IMG/VR virus record: IMGVR_UViG_3300012662_000011 | DNA from: a virus | Lineage: Duplodnaviria > Caudoviricetes | Reading direction: 5' to 3' (one strand) | Length of the DNA stretch: 64,000 bases | Shown: positions 18,506 to 29,706 of the stretch, piece by piece | Numbering within the stretch: the first letter of the stretch is position 1 | How the letters are laid out: each line of letters begins with the position of its first letter | Translations under genes and position numbers: made by a program | Notes under the pieces: generated by a model | Database searches by the model: none | What the model saw: the letters and a program-made list of their open reading frames with translations, nothing else | Told to the model about the DNA's origin: nothing

Positions 18506-19873
18506 TTAAGCAAAAGTATAACTACCAGTAGCAGTTGCAGGAGTATTCTGCATATATACATTATAAGAAGTACCATTAACAGTTACTGCTGCAAGCTTAG
18601 TATAACCACTGAAACCTTGGAAACCATTACCATCTTTAATAGATGTCAAATCACCAAAGTAAGCAGGATAAGCATACACAAGCTTCTGATTAGTCTGAGT
18701 AATAGATACAGTTCTATTCTTACCGTTAATTACGGCTTTATTACCAAGTGCAATGATTTCAGCAGCAGTAAGGGAAGTCTTATCAGCAGCTACAACACCA
18801 CAATAACCAGCATGAACAAATACTGCACTACAAGTTCTTGTTTTAGTAGTAGCATCAGCGTCAGCCTTTGCTGTCAAAGTAAGTGTCTTTGTTACTTTGT
18901 CAGCACCTTGCGCTACTGTTATATCTGCTATATTATACTGCCTGTCAGCAACAGGAACTGATGTACTTGCAGTACCTGAACCAAAAGTATTAGTAATATT
19001 CTGAGAAGAAACAGTATGAAAATCCTCATTCTGATAACCCCATTTAAGAGTAAAAGAAGTCTTTACTCCAAGCTCTACTACATTAGGAGTTATACCAAAA
19101 CTACTAATATCAAATGGGTACCTATTAGCAAGTTTAGTAAGAATATTCTTATCAGCAGCAGTCATTACTCCAGCTTTTGTAGTTGTTGCAGCTGGAATAG
19201 TTTCACCTCCTTTTGACCCTGAATCACCGTCATAAAAATCAAAATTGACTGCATCTTCAATAGTTTCTACTTGTATATTTGCAATAACATTAGTTTTCTT
19301 ACTATACTCAGTCAAGTCTACTTCTGCCTGAAAATCACCAAGTTTCTCCCACTTAGCAGCATCATAAGTATTAGTATCATTGATAGGAAGAGCACCTGTA
19401 TAGATATACTCAGCATACTTATTCTGATTAACACCTGAAGCAGCAGCTTCTGCAAGAAGATACATGTGCTTATCAATATTAGTCTCAGGAAGCTTAGTTA
19501 CTACCTCTACAAAAGTAGTGTCAATATTACCAAGCTGGTCCAATGGAATCTTGCCACTAGCATCAAGAGTTGCAAGACCACCAGCTTTACCAACTACAAT
19601 CCTACCTCCTGCATCATTCCATACTCTATTAGTTTTATTATCACCAATTTGAGAACTAGTTATAGCAGCAGAAATACCTGTAACATCACTGATTTTAAAG
19701 CCTGCTGGTAAAGTCAAAGGACCACTACTATATCCACCAATGCCACTAACAGCAATAGTATCTGTAAAATTTACACTTTTTTCTACAGTACCACCTTTCT
19801 TCTTGTCAAGAAAGTTCTCATCAATCTTGCCTTTAAAATGCTTTAGACCTGCGTCATCTACAAATTTTGTCAT
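18506..19873 (-). CDS. Tail fibre/spike protein
   Basis: GLATLDASGKIPLDQL, PAATTTKAGVMTAADK repeats, Ig-like C-terminal domains. Confidence 0.7.
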   Translation of the reverse strand: MTKFVDDAGLKHFKGKIDENFLDKKKGGTVEKSVNFTDTIAVSGIGGYSSGPLTLPAGFKISDVTGISAAITSSQIGDNKTNRVWNDAGGRIVVGKAGGLATLDASGKIPLDQLGNIDTTFVEVVTKLPETNIDKHMYLLAEAAASGVNQNKYAEYIYTGALPINDTNTYDAAKWEKLGDFQAEVDLTEYSKKTNVIANIQVETIEDAVNFDFYDGDSGSKGGETIPAATTTKAGVMTAADKNILTKLANRYPFDISSFGITPNVVELGVKTSFTLKWGYQNEDFHTVSSQNITNTFGSGTASTSVPVADRQYNIADITVAQGADKVTKTLTLTAKADADATTKTRTCSAVFVHAGYCGVVAADKTSLTAAEIIALGNKAVINGKNRTVSITQTNQKLVYAYPAYFGDLTSIKDGNGFQGFSGYTKLAAVTVNGTSYNVYMQNTPATATGSYTFA

Positions 19874-19928
19874 ATCAAATTATTTAAACAATTAAATGTA
19901 TTTATTTATTAATTAATTTATATTTATA

Positions 19929-20192
19929 TTATTCTTTATCTGCCTTTCCAGGATTTAGTTCTCCTGGAAAAGTTTCCCCACCAACTACTGGATCAGTTGG
20001 ATCTGGAATAACCTTATTACTAAACAAAGAATTTATCTCTTCTTCAGTAACAGGAGACATGCTACCTATAGCAGCTTTAATTTCATCAGACAATTGGTCT
20101 GGTGTTATAGAGCCTTTTCTTATCTTTAAAGTAAGTTTCTTCTTAGGCTTATCCTTTAAAGCTGCTTCTCCTAAATATTTTTCATTACTCAT
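19929..20192 (-). CDS. Small fibre-related protein (87 aa)
   Basis: KYLGEAALK, GSITPDQLS motifs; upstream TATCTTTG at 20216-20223. Confidence 0.55.
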   Translation of the reverse strand: MSNEKYLGEAALKDKPKKKLTLKIRKGSITPDQLSDEIKAAIGSMSPVTEEEINSLFSNKVIPDPTDPVVGGETFPGELNPGKADKE

Positions 20193-20330
20193 ACTGCTGC
20201 TTTTTATTTTCTGTACAAAGATATTTACTTTGATTCTATTTCCAGTAGGTCTAATAAAAGCACTAATATGAGATAATAAAAATAAAAAGGAGTAACCATT
20301 CCTGATTACTCCTAAAGCTACTATTGAGGC

Positions 20331-20369
20331 TTATTTTTTCTTCTTGCCTCCACCTTTTCTACAAGCCAT
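20331..20369 (-). CDS. Putative 12-aa basic micropeptide MACRKGGGKKKK
   Basis: ATG preceded by an A/T-rich leader, TAA stop, then a terminator hairpin (about 20285-20315); below the ORF-track cut-off. Confidence 0.45.
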   Translation of the reverse strand: MACRKGGGKKKK

Positions 20370-20402
20370 AATCTTATATATTTTAATCAGTTAAACATTA
20401 TA

Positions 20403-23400
20403 TTATCTACAATCTTCTATAGTCTTTATCCATGCTTTTATATCTTCCTCTGATGTTCCAATATTGTCTACTTCTATATCTTTACTCTTTAAGAATCTTT
20501 CCAAAGAAGCTGTATCTTTAGGAGCATCTGACCATTTTCTATATATAAGTTTTCCTAATTTGATTTTATACTTCTTCTTATTATATAGGTCTTTAAATGT
20601 TTGAGTATTTCCTTTTTTGCCATCTGTTGTTTTTGGCAATACTTCAAAGTGCTTACCTTCTAATGGTACTTCTTTATCCTCATCTGTTTTATTACCTTTT
20701 CCTTCTTTCTCCTTATTATCTGGATTACTTATTATTTCTCCTGTTTCAGGATTCATTAATTCCCCTGTTTCAGGATCTATAATAAAGTCTTGAGTACCAT
20801 CTAAAGGAACATCCTCTAAATTAGATGGTTCTTGTTTTTTCATATTGTCAAGAGCTTTTTGTGCAGCTTTATCTCTTTTTTCTTTTTCCTTTTTCTCCTT
20901 TACTTTATTTATTAGTTCTTTAGCTTGCTCCTCTGTAGGAACTTTTACTTCCTTGGTATTCTTATTAACTTTAACAACTTCAGGATGGTCTCCCTCACTT
21001 AAAATATAATAATTCCATACTCCTCTATTTTCTACAGGAGTAAATCCTCCATCTATTATTCTCTTATTATAGTCAAGCTGTTCTATTAATTTCATATCTA
21101 TTACAGGTTCTCCTTTAAGATAATATGTGCCATTTACCTTTTTATAGAATTGTCCGTTATATATTACCTGGCTTTCATTATTACTGAAACTACCTTTTTT
21201 AGAGCTGTCAGGTGCTTCATTGACAGGTTGGCTTGGAACTATCATTTTACCATCCTCACCAATACCATATATACTATAGTTACTGCCAGCAGTACCAAAT
21301 AAAGCAGCATCTGTAGTTAATGCTCCAGCTTCCTCATACTGCTTTAACAGATTCTTACTCTCCAATACTTTTGAAGTTATATTTACTATAGGATTCATTT
21401 CAAGTAAAGCGTCTTTAAAAGACTCTACTAAATCCGCTCTATCTGTAACATTATCAAGATTAAATGTTCTCTGTACCTTTCCATTATATGTAAATGCAAC
21501 TTCATTGGTGTTTTTTCTTAAAAGAATATTTTTGTCTTTATTATCCAAATATAGAATCTTACTTAATCCTATTACTGCTTGAAGTCTTGTATTGTAATCT
21601 AATGAAGTAAGGTCTTGCAAGAAACCATCTATCTGATTTTTTAATACCCCATCTTTCATTTCACTATATACCAAAACTTTTAAAGGCGATGGTACAAGTT
21701 TTCCATTACTTGCTGGCATAAAGACAAAGACATTACCTGTGTTTTTATCTTTGTCTGTAGGAACCATTACTTCACCTATAGTAGCACCTTTTAGTAGCAG
21801 TTTACTTCTTTCTAATATTCCCCATACTACATCATCAAACTTCACATCATAAGGGTTTCTTTCTTTATCTTTTAATATATCTCTTACATTTCTAGCTTCC
21901 TCTCCCTTATCTTTTTCTGTCTGTTTTATAATATAGCCTGGTGTAGGATAATTCTTTTCTACCTCTGTAGACAAGTCTTCATTGACATAGAATCTTTCAT
22001 TAGGATGTTCATCAAAGAATTTCTTTCTTTTTACCTTTAATTCAAAACCTCCTTTTCTGCCTGTATCCATTAATTTCTTATACAGATCAAATTTTGCAGC
22101 ATTTCTATTACCATAGCCTGCTGTACCTATAATAAGATACTTCTTACCATTGCTCTCTATTACACCTCCATTCTCTTTGTTATGAATACTTGTAATACCT
22201 TTATTTATACTATCATCATAGTCTAATACAAGCATAAGATGATTTTGCATATAGTCATCATGAGTAGCATTCTCCTTAGGAGTTACTAACATGAATTTAA
22301 CTTTAGCATGAGGATTAAGCTTCAATATATTAGCAAGTTCATAGTCTATGATATTCTGAAGCTTTACTCCTACTGCATCCATCCATGTATAGTATTTATT
22401 CATACTGTCATTCTCTTTAGCTCCTTTTTTCTTTATGAGAACTTTACTTAGTCCTTTAGGATTTAGCTTACTCTTTATTCCTACAAGAAAATCATATACA
22501 TATCTACTCATAGCATTACCACTAAGTGTAGTAGACTTGATGTCTATTTCTCTATTGCCTGTAGTATTAGCATCATCCATATTAGAGGTACTATCAGTTG
22601 AGAATAAATCATTACTACCCTCTGATTGTTCCTCTACTGTAAGGGAATGTCCACTTACACTGTCACCATTATCTGTAATATTCTTATTTCCTATATCAAT
22701 ACCCTTTGCTAAAAGTTCTGCGTCTGTTGCATTTATTTGTCTTTCTATAGCAGCATCCAAGTCAAAATTATCTTTTACCTTTACTTGAGTAGTTTCATTT
22801 TCTCCTTCAAAGTTACCATTAAAATACCAACCATCATCTTTCTTTTCTATAGAAGTGGCTTTGAATATACCATTTTCTTTATTACTTTCTTTTACTTTAT
22901 TTGTATTAGAATTTGTATTAGAAACTATTCTATCAAATTGGCTATTATTTCCTTCTAACAGAATCATAGATGATGGTATGCTTGGACCTATAATTAATGT
23001 ATTTCCATTATAATCTTTTATAAGTGAAACTTCGTTACCCTTATCATCTTTTGTTCTTTTTATAAAAGTATAATCATAACCATATTTGTCAAGAAATCTA
23101 TCTCCATTTTTTAAGTCTTCAAATTTTACAGGTGTATCTTCAACATCTATACTGTAAGTATTCAGACGTCCAACTACTTCTCTTTTTCTTGTAGCTATAT
23201 GGCTATTTTTATCTACATTACTTTCAGTATTATTCTGCTCATCTTTTTTCTCATACTCATTAGGAGCAATATCAAGAACTTGTCCTTCTTTATCTACTGC
23301 AAAAGTAACTTTATCACCTTTTCTTTCTACAGTGAAGGTTGCTTTATGTGCATCTCCTGCATCATCAACTACATGTGTTTCTCCTGCATTTACACTACCA

Positions 23401-26400
23401 TCACCAAACCCATCTTCCATAACTATAGCAGCATTCCATACACCAGGAATTTTACCTGTTTGTTCTGATTTACTTGCATCTTTGTCTACTGCATCATTTG
23501 GGGCTGCTTCTATTAAATTACTTCCATCTTTAGCTACTTCATGATTAGGTTTGGCATTATCTATTTCTTGTTTATTAAACAAATCTGCTACTTCTGAAGA
23601 TGTTTTTCCTGTAAGCTTTTCTATAACTTCTTTATTAGTGGGCTGCCATTGCTGCTCTGCTGGAATAGATCTATCTGCACTTATAATTGTAGTTACTCTT
23701 GGATATCTTACTTCATTACCTGTTTCTTTATTAAGAGTATAGTAATAAGTTTCATCCTTTGAAAGAGTAAACTTCTGAGTATCTTCTGTTATCTTTTTAA
23801 CTGCTTCTTCAGGAGTCTTTGGAGCTTCTACTTTCTCAGGAATCTCTAAATTCTCATTATATTCAGTAGCATCATGTACAGTACTTGGAAGATTATCCCA
23901 GTTAATATCTGCTTTAGTGTATCCTGGTTTAAACTGACTAGACTTTGTACTTCTCATTTCAAAGTCCTTTGTTTTATCCTGTACAAAGTTTGTAGTCTTT
24001 CCACTGTTATCAGTTATCTTCAGCTGACCAGTTTTTTCATCTACAGAATACTCTGGACCTGTAGGATTCATATATTTCTCAGTTCCTTTTGGGGTAGGGT
24101 AGTAAACATTTATAGGTATTATCTGTAATCTACTTGGATCTATTTCTATACCATAAGTCTGCTTGAGAAGATCTGCATACATAGATACTTGTCTTGACCA
24201 CTTGGCTTTTTCATGAGAGAGCTTATCTTCTCCATGATTCCTTGTAGTCTTCATATCAAAGATATAGTAGTTACCCTTATCATCATAACCAAAGAGGTCA
24301 AGAGTCCCTGCAACAGCTAACTTATGCTCTTTACCATCATTATCTGTTACAGTTATTACTCCATGTGCCATTACTTCCTTTGACACTATATGAATACCTT
24401 TACTGTCCAGGTCTTTCCTAAAGTCTTCAAGCTGCTTGATAAAGTGCTGCATCACTTCTTTGGTAATATTAGGATAACTGTCTTTCAGTTCTCCTGCAAA
24501 GAAGTCTCTTACTATTATGTCAGCAGTATTTCCTAAAGCTGTAGATGGTGCTCCCCAGCCTTCATACTTTTCTTTATCATGCTCTGTTCTAAGTTCAGCA
24601 ATAGCTCTCTTTACTTCTTCTTCTGTCTTTCCTGTAGTCTCTGCAATAGCTTTGATAGATTCTTTACTTATCTCTTTACCCATGTCTACCTTAACTTCTG
24701 CTGAAGTACCTTCAAATATAGACTTCTTCTTCTCCTCAGCTTTCTTTTTTTCTTCTTCTATCTTTTTCTTCTTGCCATCTTCTGCTGATTTTTCTGCATC
24801 CTCTTCTACTTTCTTTTTCTTTTCTTCTCTCTCCTTTCTTTCCTTTTCTTCTCTTTCTATTCTTTGTTTTCTATTCTCAAGAGTAGTAGCATCTCTTTGA
24901 TAACCAAGTTTCTCAAGACCTTTAAGAATATAGTCTATATCTTTTTCAGCTTCAGTACCATGTAAGTCATCAACAGCTTTTTCCAAGGTGTCTAATAATT
25001 CTTTCTTTGTATTGGCACTATCAATTATATTATCAATATTCCTTGAGATATTATCTTTCCAGCCATCACTTTTATTTGATTGAGATATTACAGAGCCTAT
25101 ATCCTCTATAACTCCTCTCCAAGTTTTTGCATCTTCCAATTGCTTTTGATACTCAGGAAGCATCTTTTCTGTTTCAATGTTACCAAGTATAGCTGAATTT
25201 AATTTTCTAAGATTTTTATATACAACTTGATTTATAGTATCTTCTGTAATACTCGAATCTTTTTTAGCTCCTTCAATCCATTCATTTAAAGCATCTGCTG
25301 CAATTTCTGCATTTTTATAATCTATCATTTTGTAAGCAGCATCTGCTGCTACAACTCTTTGATTCTCAAATTCTGTTGCTGCCGCTTCTGGATTTTGAGC
25401 TATTCGATTATAAGCATCTGCATTCTGATTTATCCTTTGAGTCAATAAACCTATATCCTGAATTTTTTGCAAAGCATCTGCATCTTTCATAATAAGTTTC
25501 TGTTCCAACTTTTCAATTTCACTTTGCTGCTCTTTGCTATATTGACTTCTGTTCTCTTCCCTCATCATTCTTGCCCTTGTTATAGGATCTAAAGCAAATA
25601 TCTCATCTGCTGTAAGTATAGGATCTTTACTTCTTTCAAGTTCTTCTTGAGCAAGTTTTTTCTGTTCTTCTAAACTCTGTATTTGTTTATTTAACGTTAT
25701 TACCTGTTTATTATGCCCCTTCTTTATACTTCCATTTTCATCTGTCCATTCTTTTTTCTTTTCATTTGCTTCATCAAGCTTCTTCTGCACAACATCAAGA
25801 GTTTCCTGAGCAGTTGCAACTCTCTCATTTGTCTCATCCACATTTGCATTTTTCATGGCAATTCTCAATGCATTCTTTTTACTTTCTGAAATAGATAGAG
25901 AGTTCTCCATAAATTTTTCTCTCTGTTGAGATGCTTCAAGTGCAGCTTTAGCTTCTTTTACTTTATTCTGAGCATCTAATATAGCCTGACTATCTTCTTT
26001 TTCTTTGGCTGCATTTTCTTCTTCAACAGCTTTTTGATATTCTTCATTAGCTTTTTCAGTAGCCTTTTTCTGTTCTTCTATATCTTTTTCCATCTCAGCT
26101 TTTTGCTGATCATACACTTTGACTAGTGTCTCTGCACTCTTCCTTCCTCCTACAGTAGCAATAATAGTATTTACATCTGTTGAAGTTTCATCAGAAGAGG
26201 CATCTCCTACCTCTGACTGCATCTTTTGCTTTCTTTCTTTCCAATGACCATCCAATGCCTGCTGGAGCTTTAACTGTGCTCTAACATCTGGGTCTACAGG
26301 CTCTCCTCTATATTTTTCAATCTTCTGTATTTCTTCTTCTGCTTTATCATAAGCTTCAGATGCTTCTATTAATTTTTGTGCATTGGAAGCTATATCATTT

Positions 26401-29400
26401 ATAGCTTTCAAGTCATTTTCTTCACTTTGGGCCAATCCAGGATTTGCAGCATAGTATTGTCCAATTAGATTGTCTACTTCTTCCTTATTAAGAGCATTAT
26501 TCTCTGCATCTGTTAGATGAGAGCTTTTTTCTATTAAAGCCTTTGCTTTCTGTACAACTGAAGACATTGTAGCAGGGTCATTTTTGTCATTACCAAGAGT
26601 CTCTAAAGCATGCAATGAATTTATTGCCTGTATGAAATCTATTGTTTTTTTGTCTCCTAAATTAAGTACATTCTTTGATGCTATATCTGAAGCTGCCAAA
26701 CGCTCTATAGCTTTAAAATCATCATAATTATCCAATATATTATTTACATAATCTGCATGGTTTTGAAGATCCTTTACTGATTGCTTATTACCATAATAGG
26801 TATTAAGCACACCATTTGTAAGAAGATAATTTAATTGTCCTCCTAGATTACTGAACTTATTTAAATTATTGTACTTTATAGAACCATCTTCATTTTTTGC
26901 AGCTGTACCATCAGCATTCCTTGCTGTTTCTCTCCAAAAATTATTCTTATATGCTTCTCTTCCACTTTTAGTCGCAAGTCTTGCTATATTGGCAAATTGA
27001 GGAGAAACACTTAATATACTTCCCATAGCACCTACTTCTGCTGCTTTCCATGTTGTTTCTTGCCCCATTGAATTACTTAGACCCATCATATATGAATATA
27101 GACCATCTGCAAAACTATAAGTATTAGCAAGTGCTTTACCTGACTTATAAGCATCAAGATACTGATTAAAACTATCATTGTTTATTCTCTCTGCCGCATC
27201 TACCTGCATATCATCTGTACCATTTGTCCAAGCTCCTCCCCAAGCCTGTGATGCTACAGTCTTACCAAAGTTCTTCCACTTACTTCCTGATGTCAATGAT
27301 TTACTTGCATCTACAACCAATCTCTTTCTTCCTTCTGATGTGGCAATTTCTTCTAATCCCTTTAATGAAGAAGATACTTTACTTGTCATTCCTGTAGGTT
27401 TATAAAGATACTTTCTATATCCCATAGTATTAACAAGTCCATATTTAACTGCTTCAGGAAAAAATGTAGTTATTGCAGCTTTTCCTGCTCCATTTATAGC
27501 TTCTTGTTGCAACCTCGCATACTTGTCAGAAGATTTATTCTCTTGTGTTCTCTGCTGTACTAAATTACTAAGGACTTCAGCAGTAGCTTGTTGTTGGGCT
27601 AATTTACTAATTGCTTCCTTATTGATAAGTTTATTTCCTTCTGTTCTTTTTAATTGTGCTATTTGATTAGCTGTTATATTTGCAGCTCTTGAATTTATCT
27701 GTTTATCAACCCATGCTTTATAGTTCTTGTCCTCATTATATTGTTTTTGTACTTCATTATAGCTTAAATCAGCTACTGCCTGTTCTGCATTAGCCAAATT
27801 CTGTTGAAGAGTTTCCTGAAAAGAACCTCTAGCATAAGCATAACCTATACCCCCAGCTCCCAATACTCCTTGTATTATTTGTCCAGATTTTGAATTTTGA
27901 GATAATACATTTCCTGTCTTTTGTAATATTTTTCCAAAACCTTCTGCTACTTTACCTAATTTTGACAAAGAACTAATACCTTTTCCTATCTTGCCAATAC
28001 CATAAGGTGCAAATTCCAAAAATTTATCTGCAACATGGAAAGACGCCATCTTTAGTGATTCATATACTAAATCACTGTCATCTCCTGGATTATATGATAC
28101 TTGATATGGGCTACTCCCTCTCTTTTCATATTGCTTTTGTGCATCTGCATCAAGTGTTTTAAATTGTTCTGCTCTTGTCCAATACTGTGGATTAGTAGTT
28201 AACCAATCTGTACCAAAGGCTCCTTCTATATCACTACCATCTGAGTTCTTTCCCATTTGATGCAATGCAGAACGACTTACTTGTTCCTTATGAACAGAGT
28301 GTATATTACCCTGTTTATCTTGATAATATAATCCTCCATTCTTGCCTTTTGCTACATGCGTTTTATTAGGATCTATAACTTCCCCTTTATCATCTACCAT
28401 CACAACAGGAGTATCCATTGTCAAGTCTTGTACAGTTCTTCCTAATTCACCAATACTGTTTACTTTATCAGCTGTATAGCTCATTGATGCTATTCCTATA
28501 TCAAGAGAGAGAAGACCTATTTTCTTTGCAATACTCTGACGTTCTGTAATATATCTCTTTGCCTCATTATTAAGAGCAGTACTTGCCATCTCTGGAGACA
28601 TATTTGCATAGTAAACCATTCTCTTTGCAAGTACTTGTCTCATATCATCAATACTAAAATCTTTCATCTCAGCTGATATATCGTTGGGTGTTCCATTACC
28701 ATAATGAGAGGCATACTCTGGTATTCCTATATCTCCTTTACTTCTATCTCCATAAGAAGCTTTTATAAAAGCTTTCTTTACTTGATCATCTGTAAGATTT
28801 GCTATTTGAGGACTGTAATAAGCACTTGCTACCTGATCACTTAATCTATCTTTAGCTTTATCAATATCTTCATTATATATATCTTGGAGTATTTTATCAT
28901 TCTTTTCTCTTAAATGTTGTCTTAATCCCTCTTGTGCCATAGTAAAAGCACTGTCACTACCTGCTATTGGATTAACAATGGATGTCTGATTTAAGATAAA
29001 ATTTGCTGTCTTTCCTATGATACCGTCTCCAAGTGCTTTACTTATTAATTCTCCTGCTGACAGTTTTCTAGGATGTGTCTTTTCAAATTCAGAAGAAGTT
29101 TGATAGCCACTCTCCATTAACTTCAATTTAGCGTCTGGGGATAATTGATTATATTTTTCCCACTCAGCTCCTAATCCTTTATTATTATCTCTTGTACCGT
29201 CTGCTTTAAATGGACTTCCCCATTTTGTAAATTCTGTATTTACTACATCATTTTTAAGTAAATTATTTCTATATTCGTAAGAAGCAGTGGAGTCATCATT
29301 CATTTTATTAAAAGCATCAATACCATAATGTTGTATAAAATTTTGATTATTATAGAGAATCTCTGCTGCTTTTCTCTTATTCATTGGGTTCTTAAACTCA

Positions 29401-29504
29401 TTTAATACATTTGCATATTTGTGCATAAATGTATCTTTCTCATAGTCACTAAGACTACTAAAACCTCTTAATCCTTTTAGTCCTTTAGGTATTATTTGTG
29501 GCAT
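20403..29504 (-). CDS. Giant virion cargo/ejection protein (3033 aa) with internal PD-(D/E)xK nuclease domain
   Basis: Gly/Ala-rich amphipathic N-terminal helices, long coiled coils, VAGTLDL..YYIFDMKT..WSRQVSMY nuclease motifs; promoter TAAATTTG at 29533-29540. Confidence 0.7.
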   Translation of the reverse strand: MPQIIPKGLKGLRGFSSLSDYEKDTFMHKYANVLNEFKNPMNKRKAAEILYNNQNFIQHYGIDAFNKMNDDSTASYEYRNNLLKNDVVNTEFTKWGSPFKADGTRDNNKGLGAEWEKYNQLSPDAKLKLMESGYQTSSEFEKTHPRKLSAGELISKALGDGIIGKTANFILNQTSIVNPIAGSDSAFTMAQEGLRQHLREKNDKILQDIYNEDIDKAKDRLSDQVASAYYSPQIANLTDDQVKKAFIKASYGDRSKGDIGIPEYASHYGNGTPNDISAEMKDFSIDDMRQVLAKRMVYYANMSPEMASTALNNEAKRYITERQSIAKKIGLLSLDIGIASMSYTADKVNSIGELGRTVQDLTMDTPVVMVDDKGEVIDPNKTHVAKGKNGGLYYQDKQGNIHSVHKEQVSRSALHQMGKNSDGSDIEGAFGTDWLTTNPQYWTRAEQFKTLDADAQKQYEKRGSSPYQVSYNPGDDSDLVYESLKMASFHVADKFLEFAPYGIGKIGKGISSLSKLGKVAEGFGKILQKTGNVLSQNSKSGQIIQGVLGAGGIGYAYARGSFQETLQQNLANAEQAVADLSYNEVQKQYNEDKNYKAWVDKQINSRAANITANQIAQLKRTEGNKLINKEAISKLAQQQATAEVLSNLVQQRTQENKSSDKYARLQQEAINGAGKAAITTFFPEAVKYGLVNTMGYRKYLYKPTGMTSKVSSSLKGLEEIATSEGRKRLVVDASKSLTSGSKWKNFGKTVASQAWGGAWTNGTDDMQVDAAERINNDSFNQYLDAYKSGKALANTYSFADGLYSYMMGLSNSMGQETTWKAAEVGAMGSILSVSPQFANIARLATKSGREAYKNNFWRETARNADGTAAKNEDGSIKYNNLNKFSNLGGQLNYLLTNGVLNTYYGNKQSVKDLQNHADYVNNILDNYDDFKAIERLAASDIASKNVLNLGDKKTIDFIQAINSLHALETLGNDKNDPATMSSVVQKAKALIEKSSHLTDAENNALNKEEVDNLIGQYYAANPGLAQSEENDLKAINDIASNAQKLIEASEAYDKAEEEIQKIEKYRGEPVDPDVRAQLKLQQALDGHWKERKQKMQSEVGDASSDETSTDVNTIIATVGGRKSAETLVKVYDQQKAEMEKDIEEQKKATEKANEEYQKAVEEENAAKEKEDSQAILDAQNKVKEAKAALEASQQREKFMENSLSISESKKNALRIAMKNANVDETNERVATAQETLDVVQKKLDEANEKKKEWTDENGSIKKGHNKQVITLNKQIQSLEEQKKLAQEELERSKDPILTADEIFALDPITRARMMREENRSQYSKEQQSEIEKLEQKLIMKDADALQKIQDIGLLTQRINQNADAYNRIAQNPEAAATEFENQRVVAADAAYKMIDYKNAEIAADALNEWIEGAKKDSSITEDTINQVVYKNLRKLNSAILGNIETEKMLPEYQKQLEDAKTWRGVIEDIGSVISQSNKSDGWKDNISRNIDNIIDSANTKKELLDTLEKAVDDLHGTEAEKDIDYILKGLEKLGYQRDATTLENRKQRIEREEKERKEREEKKKKVEEDAEKSAEDGKKKKIEEEKKKAEEKKKSIFEGTSAEVKVDMGKEISKESIKAIAETTGKTEEEVKRAIAELRTEHDKEKYEGWGAPSTALGNTADIIVRDFFAGELKDSYPNITKEVMQHFIKQLEDFRKDLDSKGIHIVSKEVMAHGVITVTDNDGKEHKLAVAGTLDLFGYDDKGNYYIFDMKTTRNHGEDKLSHEKAKWSRQVSMYADLLKQTYGIEIDPSRLQIIPINVYYPTPKGTEKYMNPTGPEYSVDEKTGQLKITDNSGKTTNFVQDKTKDFEMRSTKSSQFKPGYTKADINWDNLPSTVHDATEYNENLEIPEKVEAPKTPEEAVKKITEDTQKFTLSKDETYYYTLNKETGNEVRYPRVTTIISADRSIPAEQQWQPTNKEVIEKLTGKTSSEVADLFNKQEIDNAKPNHEVAKDGSNLIEAAPNDAVDKDASKSEQTGKIPGVWNAAIVMEDGFGDGSVNAGETHVVDDAGDAHKATFTVERKGDKVTFAVDKEGQVLDIAPNEYEKKDEQNNTESNVDKNSHIATRKREVVGRLNTYSIDVEDTPVKFEDLKNGDRFLDKYGYDYTFIKRTKDDKGNEVSLIKDYNGNTLIIGPSIPSSMILLEGNNSQFDRIVSNTNSNTNKVKESNKENGIFKATSIEKKDDGWYFNGNFEGENETTQVKVKDNFDLDAAIERQINATDAELLAKGIDIGNKNITDNGDSVSGHSLTVEEQSEGSNDLFSTDSTSNMDDANTTGNREIDIKSTTLSGNAMSRYVYDFLVGIKSKLNPKGLSKVLIKKKGAKENDSMNKYYTWMDAVGVKLQNIIDYELANILKLNPHAKVKFMLVTPKENATHDDYMQNHLMLVLDYDDSINKGITSIHNKENGGVIESNGKKYLIIGTAGYGNRNAAKFDLYKKLMDTGRKGGFELKVKRKKFFDEHPNERFYVNEDLSTEVEKNYPTPGYIIKQTEKDKGEEARNVRDILKDKERNPYDVKFDDVVWGILERSKLLLKGATIGEVMVPTDKDKNTGNVFVFMPASNGKLVPSPLKVLVYSEMKDGVLKNQIDGFLQDLTSLDYNTRLQAVIGLSKILYLDNKDKNILLRKNTNEVAFTYNGKVQRTFNLDNVTDRADLVESFKDALLEMNPIVNITSKVLESKNLLKQYEEAGALTTDAALFGTAGSNYSIYGIGEDGKMIVPSQPVNEAPDSSKKGSFSNNESQVIYNGQFYKKVNGTYYLKGEPVIDMKLIEQLDYNKRIIDGGFTPVENRGVWNYYILSEGDHPEVVKVNKNTKEVKVPTEEQAKELINKVKEKKEKEKRDKAAQKALDNMKKQEPSNLEDVPLDGTQDFIIDPETGELMNPETGEIISNPDNKEKEGKGNKTDEDKEVPLEGKHFEVLPKTTDGKKGNTQTFKDLYNKKKYKIKLGKLIYRKWSDAPKDTASLERFLKSKDIEVDNIGTSEEDIKAWIKTIEDCR

Positions 29505-29706
29505 AACTTCTATATTTTTATTATTCTATTTGCAAATTTACTTCCTTCATTACATTAATACAGCCCATTTATTAGTACATTTATTTTATTTAAATCATTT
29601 TCTTATTTTTCTTGCTTTCTTTTTATATATCTTTTTATATAAAAACAATATGTAAGTTAGTACATTTTTACTCTTCCTCCGTCACTCTTATAAAAAATTA
29701 TTTAAT

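Noticed and set aside
20403-29504. Virion RNA polymerase
   Set aside because: No DxDxD catalytic motif seen here or in the 1322-aa ORF; the polymerase probably lies outside the window
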